Assembly: GCA_038062895.1 (NCBI GenBank)
Contig: JBBTWJ010000003.1
Location: 27,474 to 91,473 of the forward strand
Direction of reading: 5' to 3'
DNA length: 64,000 nt
Source of the DNA: Patescibacteria group bacterium
GTDB lineage: Bacteria; Patescibacteriota; Microgenomatia; UBA10105; UBA927
Part shown: one piece after another, positions 38,538 to 48,878 of the stretch
How positions within the stretch are numbered: the first letter of the stretch is position 1
Layout: the number at the start of each line of letters is the position of its first letter
The notes under the pieces: model-generated
Seen by the model: only the letters and a program-made list of their open reading frames with translations
Told to the model about the DNA's origin: nothing
Database searches by the model: none
Program-made: the position numbers and the translations under genes

Positions 38538-40206
38538 AGGTTATGAGAAACCAAAGAATGACACCAATGCTTGATATAGTACCTATCACCCGTACGAGAG
38601 TGCTTTCAAATCGAAGCTCAACCACACTTCTCCCCACAGGAATAATGACGCTTGGCAGACCCTTATCGATTCGTGCTATTTGCCGCTTACCATTTACCCA
38701 GTACTGCCAACCCGGAAAATACGCCCGATTCAGTATAACTTCAATGGATGTCGGTACTTGAACATGCAGCTTCACATAGGTTTCAGTATCTATTTCCACT
38801 TCCACAATAAGACCTCTGTTATTATCGGAAACAAGAGTCTCATGCACAATCCCGGCTACGCTTGTGGGTTTAGAAAATGATGGCGGAAGGTATTCGTCGG
38901 ACACGCCGGATACGCGCCATGACAACTCTTCTTCGTTTTCAAAAAAACTCGCCGGCTTTTCGTACACCTCTTGCGGCACAAATAATTTCGCATTCAGAAG
39001 GATAACTGCAAGCGAAATGAGGACGAAAGCTCCTGCACGTACCCAACGACGGGAAATCCAAAAAAGCACTGACCCACCAACAATCGCAGTCATCAAAGCA
39101 ATGCCAGATAGAAACCGCCATGGGTATTGGACGAAAGCCAATCGTGGCATGAGTTCCCATACTCCCCGTGAGTACGATGTTACCATGACCGCACCTCCTA
39201 ATCCCACGATACTCACCAAACCAAGAGGACTGCTCCAAAATCCTCGCTTCAAACGTAAAATGCCCAAACCCAATCCTAATACTCCCAACATAATATGGAG
39301 CTTCCCCGCTTTAAATGACATTCCGTCTATGCAGCCCGAAACCGATCCACCGTAACCCCACAACGAATTCCAAAGTTGGGGGACACAAACAAAGTGGTCA
39401 CGAAAATTAGCAGTCGCTCCGATCTGACCCGCGACGTTGGTATACCCCATTTCAACGATCGCAGGAAGCCAAAAAAATGCGGAAACGCCAAGAGCAACAG
39501 CGAGCAACGATACATGATGAATGCCCGCCTTGAACGAGGACGAAGGGACGAATGATGGATGAAATTTCTTTCTCAATAGGAGAATAAGAGTATATATTGC
39601 AAGACCTATCACATAAAATGCCACGGCCACGTAGCCGGAAATCGTGTGAGACAGGATGACACCGGCAAGTCCCAAACCTCCGACCCATATTCCAGCTTGG
39701 CGCTTTTTGGAGTCAGAAAGAAAGAATAAACCTAAAAACAATACGGGGAGAAATGCATATGCCCAAAGCTCTCCAACTGCTCCCCGGACGTACAATTGGA
39801 CAGCGTGGTAAGGGGCATAGGCAAAAAGAACCGCCGCAAGAATCCCTGTGAGCCTGCCAAACAGAAATTGCATGAGCGCATACATAAAAATGGCTGATAA
39901 AACCATGCCGACCCCCATCATAATTTTCGTCGCCACGACAGCGCTGACCCCGGCAGCATACAATCCGCCGCCAACATAGTACGGCAGTGGACCGTAAAAA
40001 TTATAGAGAGGATATCCATAACCGTAACCCAGACCAGACACCCATCGAACCGGAAATTGGCCGTTACGAAGGGCTCTCCCCATAACGATGACGCGCGCTA
40101 CCTGCGTATCATCGTGCATCGAAAAATAGCCGGGACGCAACAGCGGTTTGACTGTCCAGTATGTGACTATAATGATCAGAAATAATGGCAAAAAATGTTT
40201 TTTCAT
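38515..40206 (-). CDS. GT-C-type membrane protein, PTPS-related family
   Basis: MHDDTQVAR, GQFPVRWV..LGYGYGYPLYNFY, YVRGAVGE, QYPWRF and YFPGW motifs. Confidence 0.8.
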   Translation of the reverse strand: MKKHFLPLFLIIIVTYWTVKPLLRPGYFSMHDDTQVARVIVMGRALRNGQFPVRWVSGLGYGYGYPLYNFYGPLPYYVGGGLYAAGVSAVVATKIMMGVGMVLSAIFMYALMQFLFGRLTGILAAVLFAYAPYHAVQLYVRGAVGELWAYAFLPVLFLGLFFLSDSKKRQAGIWVGGLGLAGVILSHTISGYVAVAFYVIGLAIYTLILLLRKKFHPSFVPSSSFKAGIHHVSLLAVALGVSAFFWLPAIVEMGYTNVAGQIGATANFRDHFVCVPQLWNSLWGYGGSVSGCIDGMSFKAGKLHIMLGVLGLGLGILRLKRGFWSSPLGLVSIVGLGGAVMVTSYSRGVWELMPRLAFVQYPWRFLSGIALMTAIVGGSVLFWISRRWVRAGAFVLISLAVILLNAKLFVPQEVYEKPASFFENEEELSWRVSGVSDEYLPPSFSKPTSVAGIVHETLVSDNNRGLIVEVEIDTETYVKLHVQVPTSIEVILNRAYFPGWQYWVNGKRQIARIDKGLPSVIIPVGRSVVELRFESTLVRVIGTISSIGVILWFLITYGKKSIA

Positions 40207-41732
40207 TTGATTTGATATTTCATGCCTTTCAATAACATGATGAACAACACGATACTACTTATCACCGATACCATATCTGCCAAAAATCTCATTACGGTCT
40301 CCCGGAACTCGGCTTCCACCGTGTGTTTACCGGCGGAAATTGATACTTCCATAAATCCGTTGGGATTTTCATACGTAACGGGCACAAGTTTACCATCTAT
40401 CGTGATTCCCCACCCGGGATAATAGATGTTTTGGAGACGCAAAAGACTATCTTCCAATACATCAACATGAGCTACGACCTTCTGCGTATTAAGATATTTA
40501 TAGACCACAGTCCCTCTGCCACTGTGAAAAATGATCCGTTCGGGAGCTCTATTGCCAGGTATCACACTCACCCATTTGGGCATATATTCATCCGCAACCG
40601 TGCTCGTCCCTTCATTGGTCGTATAATATCCCTCCTCCCGCATAACGAAAGAAATTTTTTGGAGTTGGTACCAGGCGGGAAGTACTAAAATAACTAGCAA
40701 TACGCCGATGATAATAACTTTTTGTCTGATAAATTTTTCTCCGACTGACGCCACTATCCACGGGGTCATGAGAGCCGCTACGGCAAGCATTCGATAAGGA
40801 AACTGTACAAGAGAAGCCACGGGATGAATCGACCAAAAAAGCGCTGACATCGGAAGGGCAAAAAATAAACTGATAGTATTAAGCACAAAGGCAACCGACG
40901 TAATCTTCTCATGTTTTTTGACTTTACCGAACAGAAAAAAAATACCGGCCAATACCCCCGCCAGCCCCGCCAACCACATGGTCCTGAACCCAAGCATATA
41001 TTCCATGGGATTGGAAACCATAACGGTATCAAAACGTACGTATTGCTTCTCCGCGATGGCGGGTACCCAAAAAAACGCAGCCAAACCCATGCCCAATAAT
41101 AGCTGCCGCAAAAAACCCCATCGTCCCAGAGTAATGATAAAAACCACAAATACTCCCAAAAACAAAAGTGCCAACGTGTTGTGGCTCACTATCAATCCTC
41201 CTACTGCGATAGCAAATAGCAATGGCTTGTGAGCGACAATGCTGTATATACCCATCGATGCGGGTAAAAACGCTAAAACTTCCCCGACAGATCCTCGCGT
41301 ATAAAGGTCATAGAGAAGATATGGGGAACCAATGAACGCAAGCGTCCCAAGGGTTGAAGCAAATACTGAATATATTCGTCGCAGAGAAGCATATATCCAG
41401 GCAGAGCCTCCGATTACAGAAGCTACGAGAATAACCTTAACGCTCGTCACAAAAGATAGACCGAAGAAATGAAGGATTGATCCGATATAAAGAAATCCCG
41501 GATATAGAAAATTTGCCACCGGATACCCATAACTATTGTTGAGTCTTCCTAAAAATCGAACCGGGAATTGTCCGTCCGCGAGGCTTTGATAAAATGCAGA
41601 CAAACGAATAACCATCCATTCACCATCGTCAGATATATAAAATCCCCGTCTCATCAAGGGCCAAAGAATACCGGCTAGTGCCGCCACAATGATGAAAATA
41701 AATAACAATGAAATCCTGCTCGTTCGTTTCAT
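40203..41732 (-). CDS. GT-C-type membrane protein, PTPS-related family
   Basis: SDDGEWMVIR, GQFPVRF...YGYPV, YTRGSVGE, QFPYR and YYPGW motifs. Confidence 0.8.
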   Translation of the reverse strand: MKRTSRISLLFIFIIVAALAGILWPLMRRGFYISDDGEWMVIRLSAFYQSLADGQFPVRFLGRLNNSYGYPVANFLYPGFLYIGSILHFFGLSFVTSVKVILVASVIGGSAWIYASLRRIYSVFASTLGTLAFIGSPYLLYDLYTRGSVGEVLAFLPASMGIYSIVAHKPLLFAIAVGGLIVSHNTLALLFLGVFVVFIITLGRWGFLRQLLLGMGLAAFFWVPAIAEKQYVRFDTVMVSNPMEYMLGFRTMWLAGLAGVLAGIFFLFGKVKKHEKITSVAFVLNTISLFFALPMSALFWSIHPVASLVQFPYRMLAVAALMTPWIVASVGEKFIRQKVIIIGVLLVILVLPAWYQLQKISFVMREEGYYTTNEGTSTVADEYMPKWVSVIPGNRAPERIIFHSGRGTVVYKYLNTQKVVAHVDVLEDSLLRLQNIYYPGWGITIDGKLVPVTYENPNGFMEVSISAGKHTVEAEFRETVMRFLADMVSVISSIVLFIMLLKGMKYQIK

Positions 41733-43270
41733 GGATATTTTAATGGCTTAGATGTAGAAGAATTCGTTGCGGTAAATGTTTCTATTTTATACAGCCGGAG
41801 CGTACGGTCTTTTCTCAAACCCTTCGGATAGGAAGCCACGAGCGTGAGTGGCCAACCCAGCGGAACATCTTTAGGGTCATTGGCGACTAAATAGGTGGGG
41901 TAACGTTTAGCCGACTCAACAACCTCCGGGGGTGGAGTTTCAGTGAGCGGCCATACCCCATGAATCTCAATATTTGGTTTATCCACAAGCCAAATTTCAA
42001 GTCCATATGGGAGCAGACCGAATGTTCCTTCTGTATACACAACCACCTTTCCCTTCGCGGACTCTTGAAGAATAAAGTCACGGACTTCGCTCACCCCCCA
42101 TCCCGCCGGCCAATCATTGATGTACTGACCTCGATCTGCTTGAGGAATCAATGCATGGGTCGGAGAAGTCAACAGAAGGTAATCCGTCCAGATGCTTGGC
42201 AATATAAGTACACCCAAAAGTATCAATCCAAACATAGTTTTCTTCCATCGCAAGACAAGGGAATCTATGGTAAGACAAGCGAGAACCAAAAGTGGCATCG
42301 TCATGAAAAGAATAAATCGTGGGTAAAGTATCCTCCCAAAGAGCGCGAGCGCCACAAAGGGTGCTAACCACCAAACATAGAGCAATAGCTTTTCCCTCGT
42401 ATGTTTCCAAAACGTGAATGCCGGCAATAATACAGCAATCCAAACCGGCCATGTGAGGTAATGAATAAGCCAATCAAACATGCCGCGGATGTTGCCTACA
42501 AAAAACTCCATCGGGTGCTTGATCCATTCTCCAATTGGATAAATAAATACCGCATCTTTTTGTGCCACTATATGAAATAGCGGCGAAAGCCGTAAAACGC
42601 TATACATCGCCTGCGAAATAACAGCCGCCACGCCCACGTAGATCATCCATCTGCCTAAACGCTTGAAGCGATCCGCTTGGCGCATATCAAAAAGGATGAG
42701 AGACGCCGGTATCATATAAAGACTCAAAAATCCTGACGATTTATTGAGCATCCCAAGTCCGAGCGTCATCCCCAAGATAAGCGCGGTGTCCAGCCGAATC
42801 CGCCGTACAAGATGAACGGTAAAGTAGAGACTCCAAATTGATAGCATCGCCGTGAGTGAATCATAAAGAGCCATCCGGTCATACACCAGCGCAAACGGGC
42901 TGATAAGATAGAGGATACTTGCAAAGAGGCCGATCCTGGTATTTCTAAATACTTCCCGGCCCAAAAAAAACATTCCTATAAGGCCGCCAAATCCTGCAAA
43001 AACAGAAACAAGCCTCCCCGCAAAAATAGGGTCCGCAATCAAGCGCATCAACACCATCGCGATCCATGTATAGAGTGGTTGTTTGCCGTCAACCAGAGAG
43101 ATGAAGCGCCATGCAGCGTCCCGGCTGCCAATCTGCGACCAGCGGATGTAGATGGCCTCATCAGTAAATATAGGGAGGCTGGTGAGGTTATAAACCCGTG
43201 TCAGGAAAAAAATTCCAAAGACCAACGCTCCTCCCCCGATCCACCACCAAAATGACCGTTTTGAAGCCAT
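41729..43270 (-). CDS. ArnT/GT39/GT83-like GT-C glycosyltransferase
   Basis: PIFTDEAIYIRW, DGKQPL, GRLVS and YDRMALYD motifs. Confidence 0.8.
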   Translation of the reverse strand: MASKRSFWWWIGGGALVFGIFFLTRVYNLTSLPIFTDEAIYIRWSQIGSRDAAWRFISLVDGKQPLYTWIAMVLMRLIADPIFAGRLVSVFAGFGGLIGMFFLGREVFRNTRIGLFASILYLISPFALVYDRMALYDSLTAMLSIWSLYFTVHLVRRIRLDTALILGMTLGLGMLNKSSGFLSLYMIPASLILFDMRQADRFKRLGRWMIYVGVAAVISQAMYSVLRLSPLFHIVAQKDAVFIYPIGEWIKHPMEFFVGNIRGMFDWLIHYLTWPVWIAVLLPAFTFWKHTREKLLLYVWWLAPFVALALFGRILYPRFILFMTMPLLVLACLTIDSLVLRWKKTMFGLILLGVLILPSIWTDYLLLTSPTHALIPQADRGQYINDWPAGWGVSEVRDFILQESAKGKVVVYTEGTFGLLPYGLEIWLVDKPNIEIHGVWPLTETPPPEVVESAKRYPTYLVANDPKDVPLGWPLTLVASYPKGLRKDRTLRLYKIETFTATNSSTSKPLKYP

Positions 43271-43286
43271 ATGTGAACATTATATC

Positions 43287-44435
43287 CTACTTCTTCCATA
43301 CATACACCTTACCCAAGCCTAACAAAAGCAAAGGAATGCCCACGGGCACGAGAGTCACTAACCATTTGAGAATCGGAACCGGCGCATTCCAGTTGCCATA
43401 ATAGAGGTAGGGGGCATAACGAAGCAGAAGCGCAAACGAATACCAACCGGCAAACACGGTGAGCCATTTCTTGGAAGGAAGCACTGCAACAAAAGGCATG
43501 AGCCATATCCAGTACCACGGCAGCGGCTCGCGCTTCGTTAGAACGAAAAGAAATCCAACACCCATTACGACCAAAGACCACACTCTCCAATTTATGGTTT
43601 TGCGATGTCCAACAAAAAAAATGGGAAGAAGGGTCACCGTCATGAGCTTCACGGCCACAGACAAGCACAACATCAGCCACGATGCAACGCGCTTTTTTTC
43701 AAGAAATAAAACAATAGCCCACACCGAAAAAGCCATCATGGCAATATCGTTATGTGCACTTACCAGGCTTTCAATAATGACCAAAGGGTTGAGCGCAAAG
43801 ACAGCGGTTCCAAAAACCGCAAGCTTAGGCTCTACCCGCTCCAGTATCCTTTCTACTCCCTTTACTGCGCAAATATAAAAGAAAGCAACCAATATCTTGA
43901 GATTCCATACGATCAAAAGAAATTTCCCAAAACCCAATAGGTAGGCCGGGAGAGTGAAAACAATCCAAATAGGCGTATATGCGCTTGGCAGATGGGTCCA
44001 ACGCATGACGGAAATCAACGGATCAATACCGGCAAATTGCAATGGAATAACCTCGTATGGGTTTTTGTGATATACAAGCACAGTTTTTGCCGTAAATACA
44101 TAGTTAAACAGGTCATAGGAGAATGCTGGGTAGGAAAATACCAATAAAACAGTTACAATACATATAATTTTCCAAAGATTTTTGGCCGGCAATAAACCTT
44201 TGTCTGTCACCCGAAGCGCTAATGCGTAAAGGATGAACCAAAAACCGATAATTCCCACAAATAACGAGGTCGAGAAAGGGCGTTGATAATACCCTATATG
44301 TTGAAAGGTCTCCTGAATTGTCTGAAGTAATCCTGCAGAAGACAACGTGAGGCTTAAGTCTACCTGGGTATAGGAATAAAAAAACAGAACAATTGAGGCT
44401 ATGACATAACCGAACAGTAAAATTGAAAATTTCAT
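43287..44435 (-). CDS. MptA/MptB-like polyprenol-phosphomannose mannosyltransferase (GT-C)
   Basis: SYDLFNY, KNPY, SAYTP, LNPLV and AHND motifs; paralog of 4636..5748; start MKFS (ATGA overlap). Confidence 0.7.
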   Translation of the reverse strand: MKFSILLFGYVIASIVLFFYSYTQVDLSLTLSSAGLLQTIQETFQHIGYYQRPFSTSLFVGIIGFWFILYALALRVTDKGLLPAKNLWKIICIVTVLLVFSYPAFSYDLFNYVFTAKTVLVYHKNPYEVIPLQFAGIDPLISVMRWTHLPSAYTPIWIVFTLPAYLLGFGKFLLIVWNLKILVAFFYICAVKGVERILERVEPKLAVFGTAVFALNPLVIIESLVSAHNDIAMMAFSVWAIVLFLEKKRVASWLMLCLSVAVKLMTVTLLPIFFVGHRKTINWRVWSLVVMGVGFLFVLTKREPLPWYWIWLMPFVAVLPSKKWLTVFAGWYSFALLLRYAPYLYYGNWNAPVPILKWLVTLVPVGIPLLLLGLGKVYVWKK

Positions 44436-45184
44436 TGATATATTCCTCTCCATGCATTCATACGAATTTTTAGGATGTCCATAAGCCCCTGCCATGAATC
44501 TTTGATCGGACTGACGCGCCGGGTTTCCACATAATGCCACTCGACTGAAACCTCTTTTATATGAAAACCGAGCTGTTTTGCAACAAACAACATTTCTATA
44601 TCAAATCCGGCGGTGACCATAGAACCCTGGACGACGTGATTGTTTCCATAGAGTTTGAGCCGGCCAAAAATTTTCCGTACCACAGCATGACGAAACGCTT
44701 TAAATCCACATTGCGTGTCCGTAATGCCATGAAGTCCCAAAACAATTGACCGAAGCCACATAAATCCCCTTGCCATGGCAATCCGCGTAAGCGGGGCTCC
44801 CTCGCGCCTTTTACTCCTCGAGCCAATTACCACATCAAAACCTTTATCAAACCAGGGAAATAATTTTTCCACTTCGCCAATAGGAGTAGCCTGATCCAAA
44901 TCAGTAAAAAGCACAATATCTCCCCGGGCTTCTAAACTACCGGTAACAACCGTCGCCGCCTTACCCTGGTGCGGATTATGCATGACACGAAACCCGGAAG
45001 TTGCATGCGCATATTCATCCAAAAGTTTAGATGTTTCATCAGTAGAGCCATCATCGACAAGGATAACTTCCCAGCTATACTTGCGGCTTTCCATGAAGCG
45101 GGACACCTTATCAAGAGCTCCTAAACGAATATTGGTTTCCTCGTTATACGCAGGAATTACTATAGACAAAAAGGGACTTGCCAT
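44432..45184 (-). CDS. GT2 polyprenol-phosphate glycosyltransferase (ALG5/DPG synthase-like)
   Basis: VIPAYNEE, VDDGSTD, GKA, FTDLDQAT, DTQCGFK and GFDIE motifs. Confidence 0.85.
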   Translation of the reverse strand: MASPFLSIVIPAYNEETNIRLGALDKVSRFMESRKYSWEVILVDDGSTDETSKLLDEYAHATSGFRVMHNPHQGKAATVVTGSLEARGDIVLFTDLDQATPIGEVEKLFPWFDKGFDVVIGSRSKRREGAPLTRIAMARGFMWLRSIVLGLHGITDTQCGFKAFRHAVVRKIFGRLKLYGNNHVVQGSMVTAGFDIEMLFVAKQLGFHIKEVSVEWHYVETRRVSPIKDSWQGLMDILKIRMNAWRGIYQ

Positions 45185-45186
45185 GT

Positions 45187-46731
45187 TTATAAGTGTACCA
45201 GTTTGTGAATCGTCACGAACGACGTCTGCCAGCTACCGGAGATCGTGGCAGTCCCGAAGCCTGCAATTTCCCAAAGAGGGTGACCGAGCGGCTTACAATC
45301 AGGAATCTCGCAAATAACAATGAGCTGGTCAGTCACGGTTTTTCTCTGCGGATCTTTAAATTCAGCTTCTATGGTAACCGGTGGACTTCCCCAAATTTCA
45401 AAAAAATAACGGTACACATGATCGGAGTTACCCTGCGTAACCAGGGCGAAATTAAACGGCCTTCCCTCCGTTTTATCGATTGCTTCTTTGGCAATGGCCC
45501 TGGCTTGTGCGAGTTGATTGTTCGGCGCATACTGAAACGGCTGACCCTGCCAATTCCACCATAGTAAAAAAACGGTTATGCCCATCGAAACTGCCGTCCC
45601 GATAAAACGAATTTGCTTCAGGCGATACAAAATGAGCCCTGTCACCAAAAATGGCAACGCGAACCAAATTCCGAAATAGTAATCATAAATCGCTCGTTTA
45701 TAAAACCCAAATAATACGGTAACTGCAATGCCCCAAAGTAACAGGAGTAATGACGACTGTCTCCACCTTGAATTATGACCCCTCCAGAGAGCTCCCCAGA
45801 CTAACAGAATCAGGCCCGTCGCGATGATTCCGACTATTCCCCAATGCCAAACTCCCTGCTGCCAACCCGGAATATCCGACCAGATTTCCGGCTGCGGAAA
45901 ACGCAATACGAGTCGTCCGACGAGTCGATATAATACTTCTTTGGCTATGTTTGAGTATTTCTCGCCGTCCAGTCCTGTATCTTTTCCCGCAAGGACAAAT
46001 CGCATGATCGACTGCGTATTGGGAAACCCATGGCGCAACTCAAACAGGAGAAACGGTGCATATCCTATCACAAACCCTATAACAGAAACCGCCAAACTTC
46101 GAATCTTCATCCCCACTTTACCCTGAACAATAAGCCAAAGGGCAGCAACCGGAAAAAGGAACAAAAAAAGATAATGCAGCTGAAGACCAATACCCATAGA
46201 TACTCCAACCCAAAAGACATTTCGCAGCCTCCCGTCGTTGGTGTTCTTCCATAAAAGATATATGGTCAAAAGAGAAAAAAACGGGACGATGTTGGGATTC
46301 CACGATGACCTTGAGTATGCAATCACGACGGGCGACAACGCATACAGCGCGCTCGCTGTAATTCCTACCCACGGATGAAACATATCCCGACCCGATCGAT
46401 AGACGAGGTATACGGTTGCCACGCCGAATAAGGCAACCATCACTGCCGGACCTGTGGGATCAAGTCTCCATGCCCAAAGAAAAGGCATCATGAAATAATA
46501 GTAGATAGGTCCCAAAAAAAATCCGCCCACGGAGGCCGTCGGCCCCAATAAGGTCCATTTATGGTCAACAATCATCTGCTTCACCACTAATACATCGCGC
46601 CCTTCATCTCCTAAAAACGTCATATAGCCGGAAATGTTGTGGAGACGTAGATAAGCAGCTACGAAAAGAATAACTACTATCAGCCATTCAGACCAAGGAA
46701 CATTCTGAAACTTTTGACTTATTTTTTCCAT
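45187..46731 (-). CDS. ArnT/GT39/GT83-like GT-C glycosyltransferase
   Basis: FLGDEGRD, LLGP, LGPIYYY and SRSSWNPN motifs; start moved to MEKI. Confidence 0.8.
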   Translation of the reverse strand: MEKISQKFQNVPWSEWLIVVILFVAAYLRLHNISGYMTFLGDEGRDVLVVKQMIVDHKWTLLGPTASVGGFFLGPIYYYFMMPFLWAWRLDPTGPAVMVALFGVATVYLVYRSGRDMFHPWVGITASALYALSPVVIAYSRSSWNPNIVPFFSLLTIYLLWKNTNDGRLRNVFWVGVSMGIGLQLHYLFLFLFPVAALWLIVQGKVGMKIRSLAVSVIGFVIGYAPFLLFELRHGFPNTQSIMRFVLAGKDTGLDGEKYSNIAKEVLYRLVGRLVLRFPQPEIWSDIPGWQQGVWHWGIVGIIATGLILLVWGALWRGHNSRWRQSSLLLLLWGIAVTVLFGFYKRAIYDYYFGIWFALPFLVTGLILYRLKQIRFIGTAVSMGITVFLLWWNWQGQPFQYAPNNQLAQARAIAKEAIDKTEGRPFNFALVTQGNSDHVYRYFFEIWGSPPVTIEAEFKDPQRKTVTDQLIVICEIPDCKPLGHPLWEIAGFGTATISGSWQTSFVTIHKLVHL

Positions 46732-47828
46732 ATCACTTTTGAATACATGGTGTAATTCCAAAGGAGACCGATTCCTACACCTAAGATATAAAACCAGCGA
46801 TAAACAGAAACCCCAAAAACCATGGATCCTATCCAGACGGTTCCTGACTGTATGAGTACGGCGCCCAGAGAGGTTGTGTTAAATTGCAGAAATTTTGCGA
46901 TCGCATCAAATCCACGGACTTTACGTGTCCCGAATGTCCAGGAATTATTCAGAATAAAATTAGAAATGATGGCAAGTTCTGCTCCTAAACCGCTCCCAAT
47001 AGCAGGATGGAATCCATTGTGAACGAAAACCTCTAATATAAATGTATTAATGATAAAACCGAGACTACCGACTACGAGAAATTTACCAAACGATCCCGTG
47101 ACTATTTGCTTCACGCGTTGCTCAATGACATACTGCAGCACGTCACGAATATATTGAGATGGTGCTATCTTAGAATGTCCAAACTTTCTATCCGTGAAGC
47201 GAATCGGAACCTCTATAATTTTTGCGCCACGCAGTATCGATTTGTGAAGATATGCGATTTGAAATACATATCCCTGGTATTTGGATAATTCCGTACGGCT
47301 ATATCGAGCAAATTTTTCTGTATATGCCCGATACCCGCCCGTCCAATCATGGACGTTGGTAAATCCCAAACCAAACCGTACAATTCCATTACCGACAATA
47401 CTAAACAATTTCCGGTGTATGCCCCAATTTTCAGGAATTGATCCACCATCTATGTAACGGCTACCAACGGCAAAATCCCCACCTTTATCCAACGCAGTCA
47501 TAAAGAGCGGAAGTGATGTAGGATCATGGGATAAATCTGCATCCATCTGAACGATAATCTCTGCATACAAAACATCAAGTGCGTAAGCGATCCCATAAAG
47601 AAGTGCGCTGCCTAATCCTTCCTTTTCTTTTGTCAGAAGGATCACGTTAGGATGTCTTCTTCTATACTGATGAACCACTTCTGACGTGCCATCCGGAGAT
47701 TTATCATCAACAACAAGAATCGTGAGCTTATGCCCGGAAACGTTGCGCCATGCGTCAAAAATGCCATCCAAGAGGGTTTTGATATTTTCCCGCTCGTTAT
47801 ACGTCGGGAGTATGACGACGGTGTTCAT
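46719..47828 (-). CDS. Polyprenol monophosphomannose synthase (Ppm1/DPM1-like GT2) fused to a C-terminal GtrA-type flippase domain
   Basis: LPTYNERENI, VDDKSPDGT, QMDADLSH and DWTGGYRA motifs; C-terminal KFLVVG...NFILNNSWTF...WNY; start moved to MNTV. Confidence 0.85.
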   Translation of the reverse strand: MNTVVILPTYNERENIKTLLDGIFDAWRNVSGHKLTILVVDDKSPDGTSEVVHQYRRRHPNVILLTKEKEGLGSALLYGIAYALDVLYAEIIVQMDADLSHDPTSLPLFMTALDKGGDFAVGSRYIDGGSIPENWGIHRKLFSIVGNGIVRFGLGFTNVHDWTGGYRAYTEKFARYSRTELSKYQGYVFQIAYLHKSILRGAKIIEVPIRFTDRKFGHSKIAPSQYIRDVLQYVIEQRVKQIVTGSFGKFLVVGSLGFIINTFILEVFVHNGFHPAIGSGLGAELAIISNFILNNSWTFGTRKVRGFDAIAKFLQFNTTSLGAVLIQSGTVWIGSMVFGVSVYRWFYILGVGIGLLWNYTMYSKVIWKK

Positions 47829-47835
47829 GGGGTTA

Positions 47836-48795
47836 TTATACCCGTTCACGCCAGTAGTTGAGAAGATCCTCCATAGTTTTCTCAAAGGATATTTCCGGCT
47901 TCCAACCGGTCTTCTGGACAAATTTAGTATTATCACCGATAAGAACCGGCACATCGGATGGCCGCATGCGGGAAGGGTCTTCTTTCATTTCCACCTTCAC
48001 TTGAGAATAAGAAAGTAAAAGCTTGAGCATATCCGCCACCTTCACGGCTTTACCCGTGCAGATGTTATACACCTCACCGGCATCACATTTCTCTACCGCC
48101 ATTAAATACCCACGCACCATATCACGCACATCCGTCCAGTCACGCTGCGAATCCAAATTGCCCACCTGAATGATCGGCTCTTGTTTGCCTTTTTCAATCA
48201 TCGCGACTTGCTTAGCAAAATTACTCGTCACAAATGTCTCTCCCCGCCTGGGACCGGTATGATTGAATCCGCGCGTCCTGATAATCTTTAATCCGTAGGA
48301 CCGGTGATACTGATACCCTAAATAATCCATGGCAACTTTCGATACCGCATACGGCGAGAGAGGCCGAAGCGGATTGGTTTCCTTAATCGGAATCTCATCG
48401 GGGAGCACAAGTCCATATTCCTCCGACGAACAAGCGATTTGTATCACAGGGTTAATCCCCACCTGACGGACAGCCTCAAATATATTGGCTGAACCGACGA
48501 TATTGACTTCAAGCGTCACAGAGGGCGACACCCATGAGGTGGGCACAAATGATTGTGCTGCCAGATGGAAAATATAATCAGGCTTAATGCGGGCGATTGT
48601 CGAATAAAGACTATGTGAATCTAAAAGATCGGCGTCTTCAAGATGAATTTTGGATTTAATTAACTCGATATGGTCTGTTTTACTTCTTGGCCGGCACAAT
48701 CCGTAGACTTCGTATCCTTGTTGTTGCAACAACAACTCTGCTAAATGACTGCCGGCAAATCCGGCTATTCCCGTAATAAGTGCTTTTTTTGTCAT
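47836..48795 (-). CDS. GDP-mannose 4,6-dehydratase / GDP-4-keto-6-deoxymannose reductase (Gmd/Rmd-family SDR)
   Basis: ITGIAGFAG, HLAAQSFV, SSEEYG, SPYAVSK and GNLDSQRDW motifs; start MTKK preceded by GGGAGG. Confidence 0.85.
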   Translation of the reverse strand: MTKKALITGIAGFAGSHLAELLLQQQGYEVYGLCRPRSKTDHIELIKSKIHLEDADLLDSHSLYSTIARIKPDYIFHLAAQSFVPTSWVSPSVTLEVNIVGSANIFEAVRQVGINPVIQIACSSEEYGLVLPDEIPIKETNPLRPLSPYAVSKVAMDYLGYQYHRSYGLKIIRTRGFNHTGPRRGETFVTSNFAKQVAMIEKGKQEPIIQVGNLDSQRDWTDVRDMVRGYLMAVEKCDAGEVYNICTGKAVKVADMLKLLLSYSQVKVEMKEDPSRMRPSDVPVLIGDNTKFVQKTGWKPEISFEKTMEDLLNYWRERV

Positions 48796-48878
48796 ATATC
48801 CTCCCTTTGCCCGCCTAAGACCGCTCTTTGCATCGTGTACGAATAGTACTGAAAAGATGCAAAGCAAAGTCAGGAGGG

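Noticed and set aside
219-41732. PTPS-related proteins as pterin/queuosine biosynthesis enzymes
   Set aside because: The name comes from a domain label; these are multi-TM GT-C-like proteins with no T-fold PTPS motifs.
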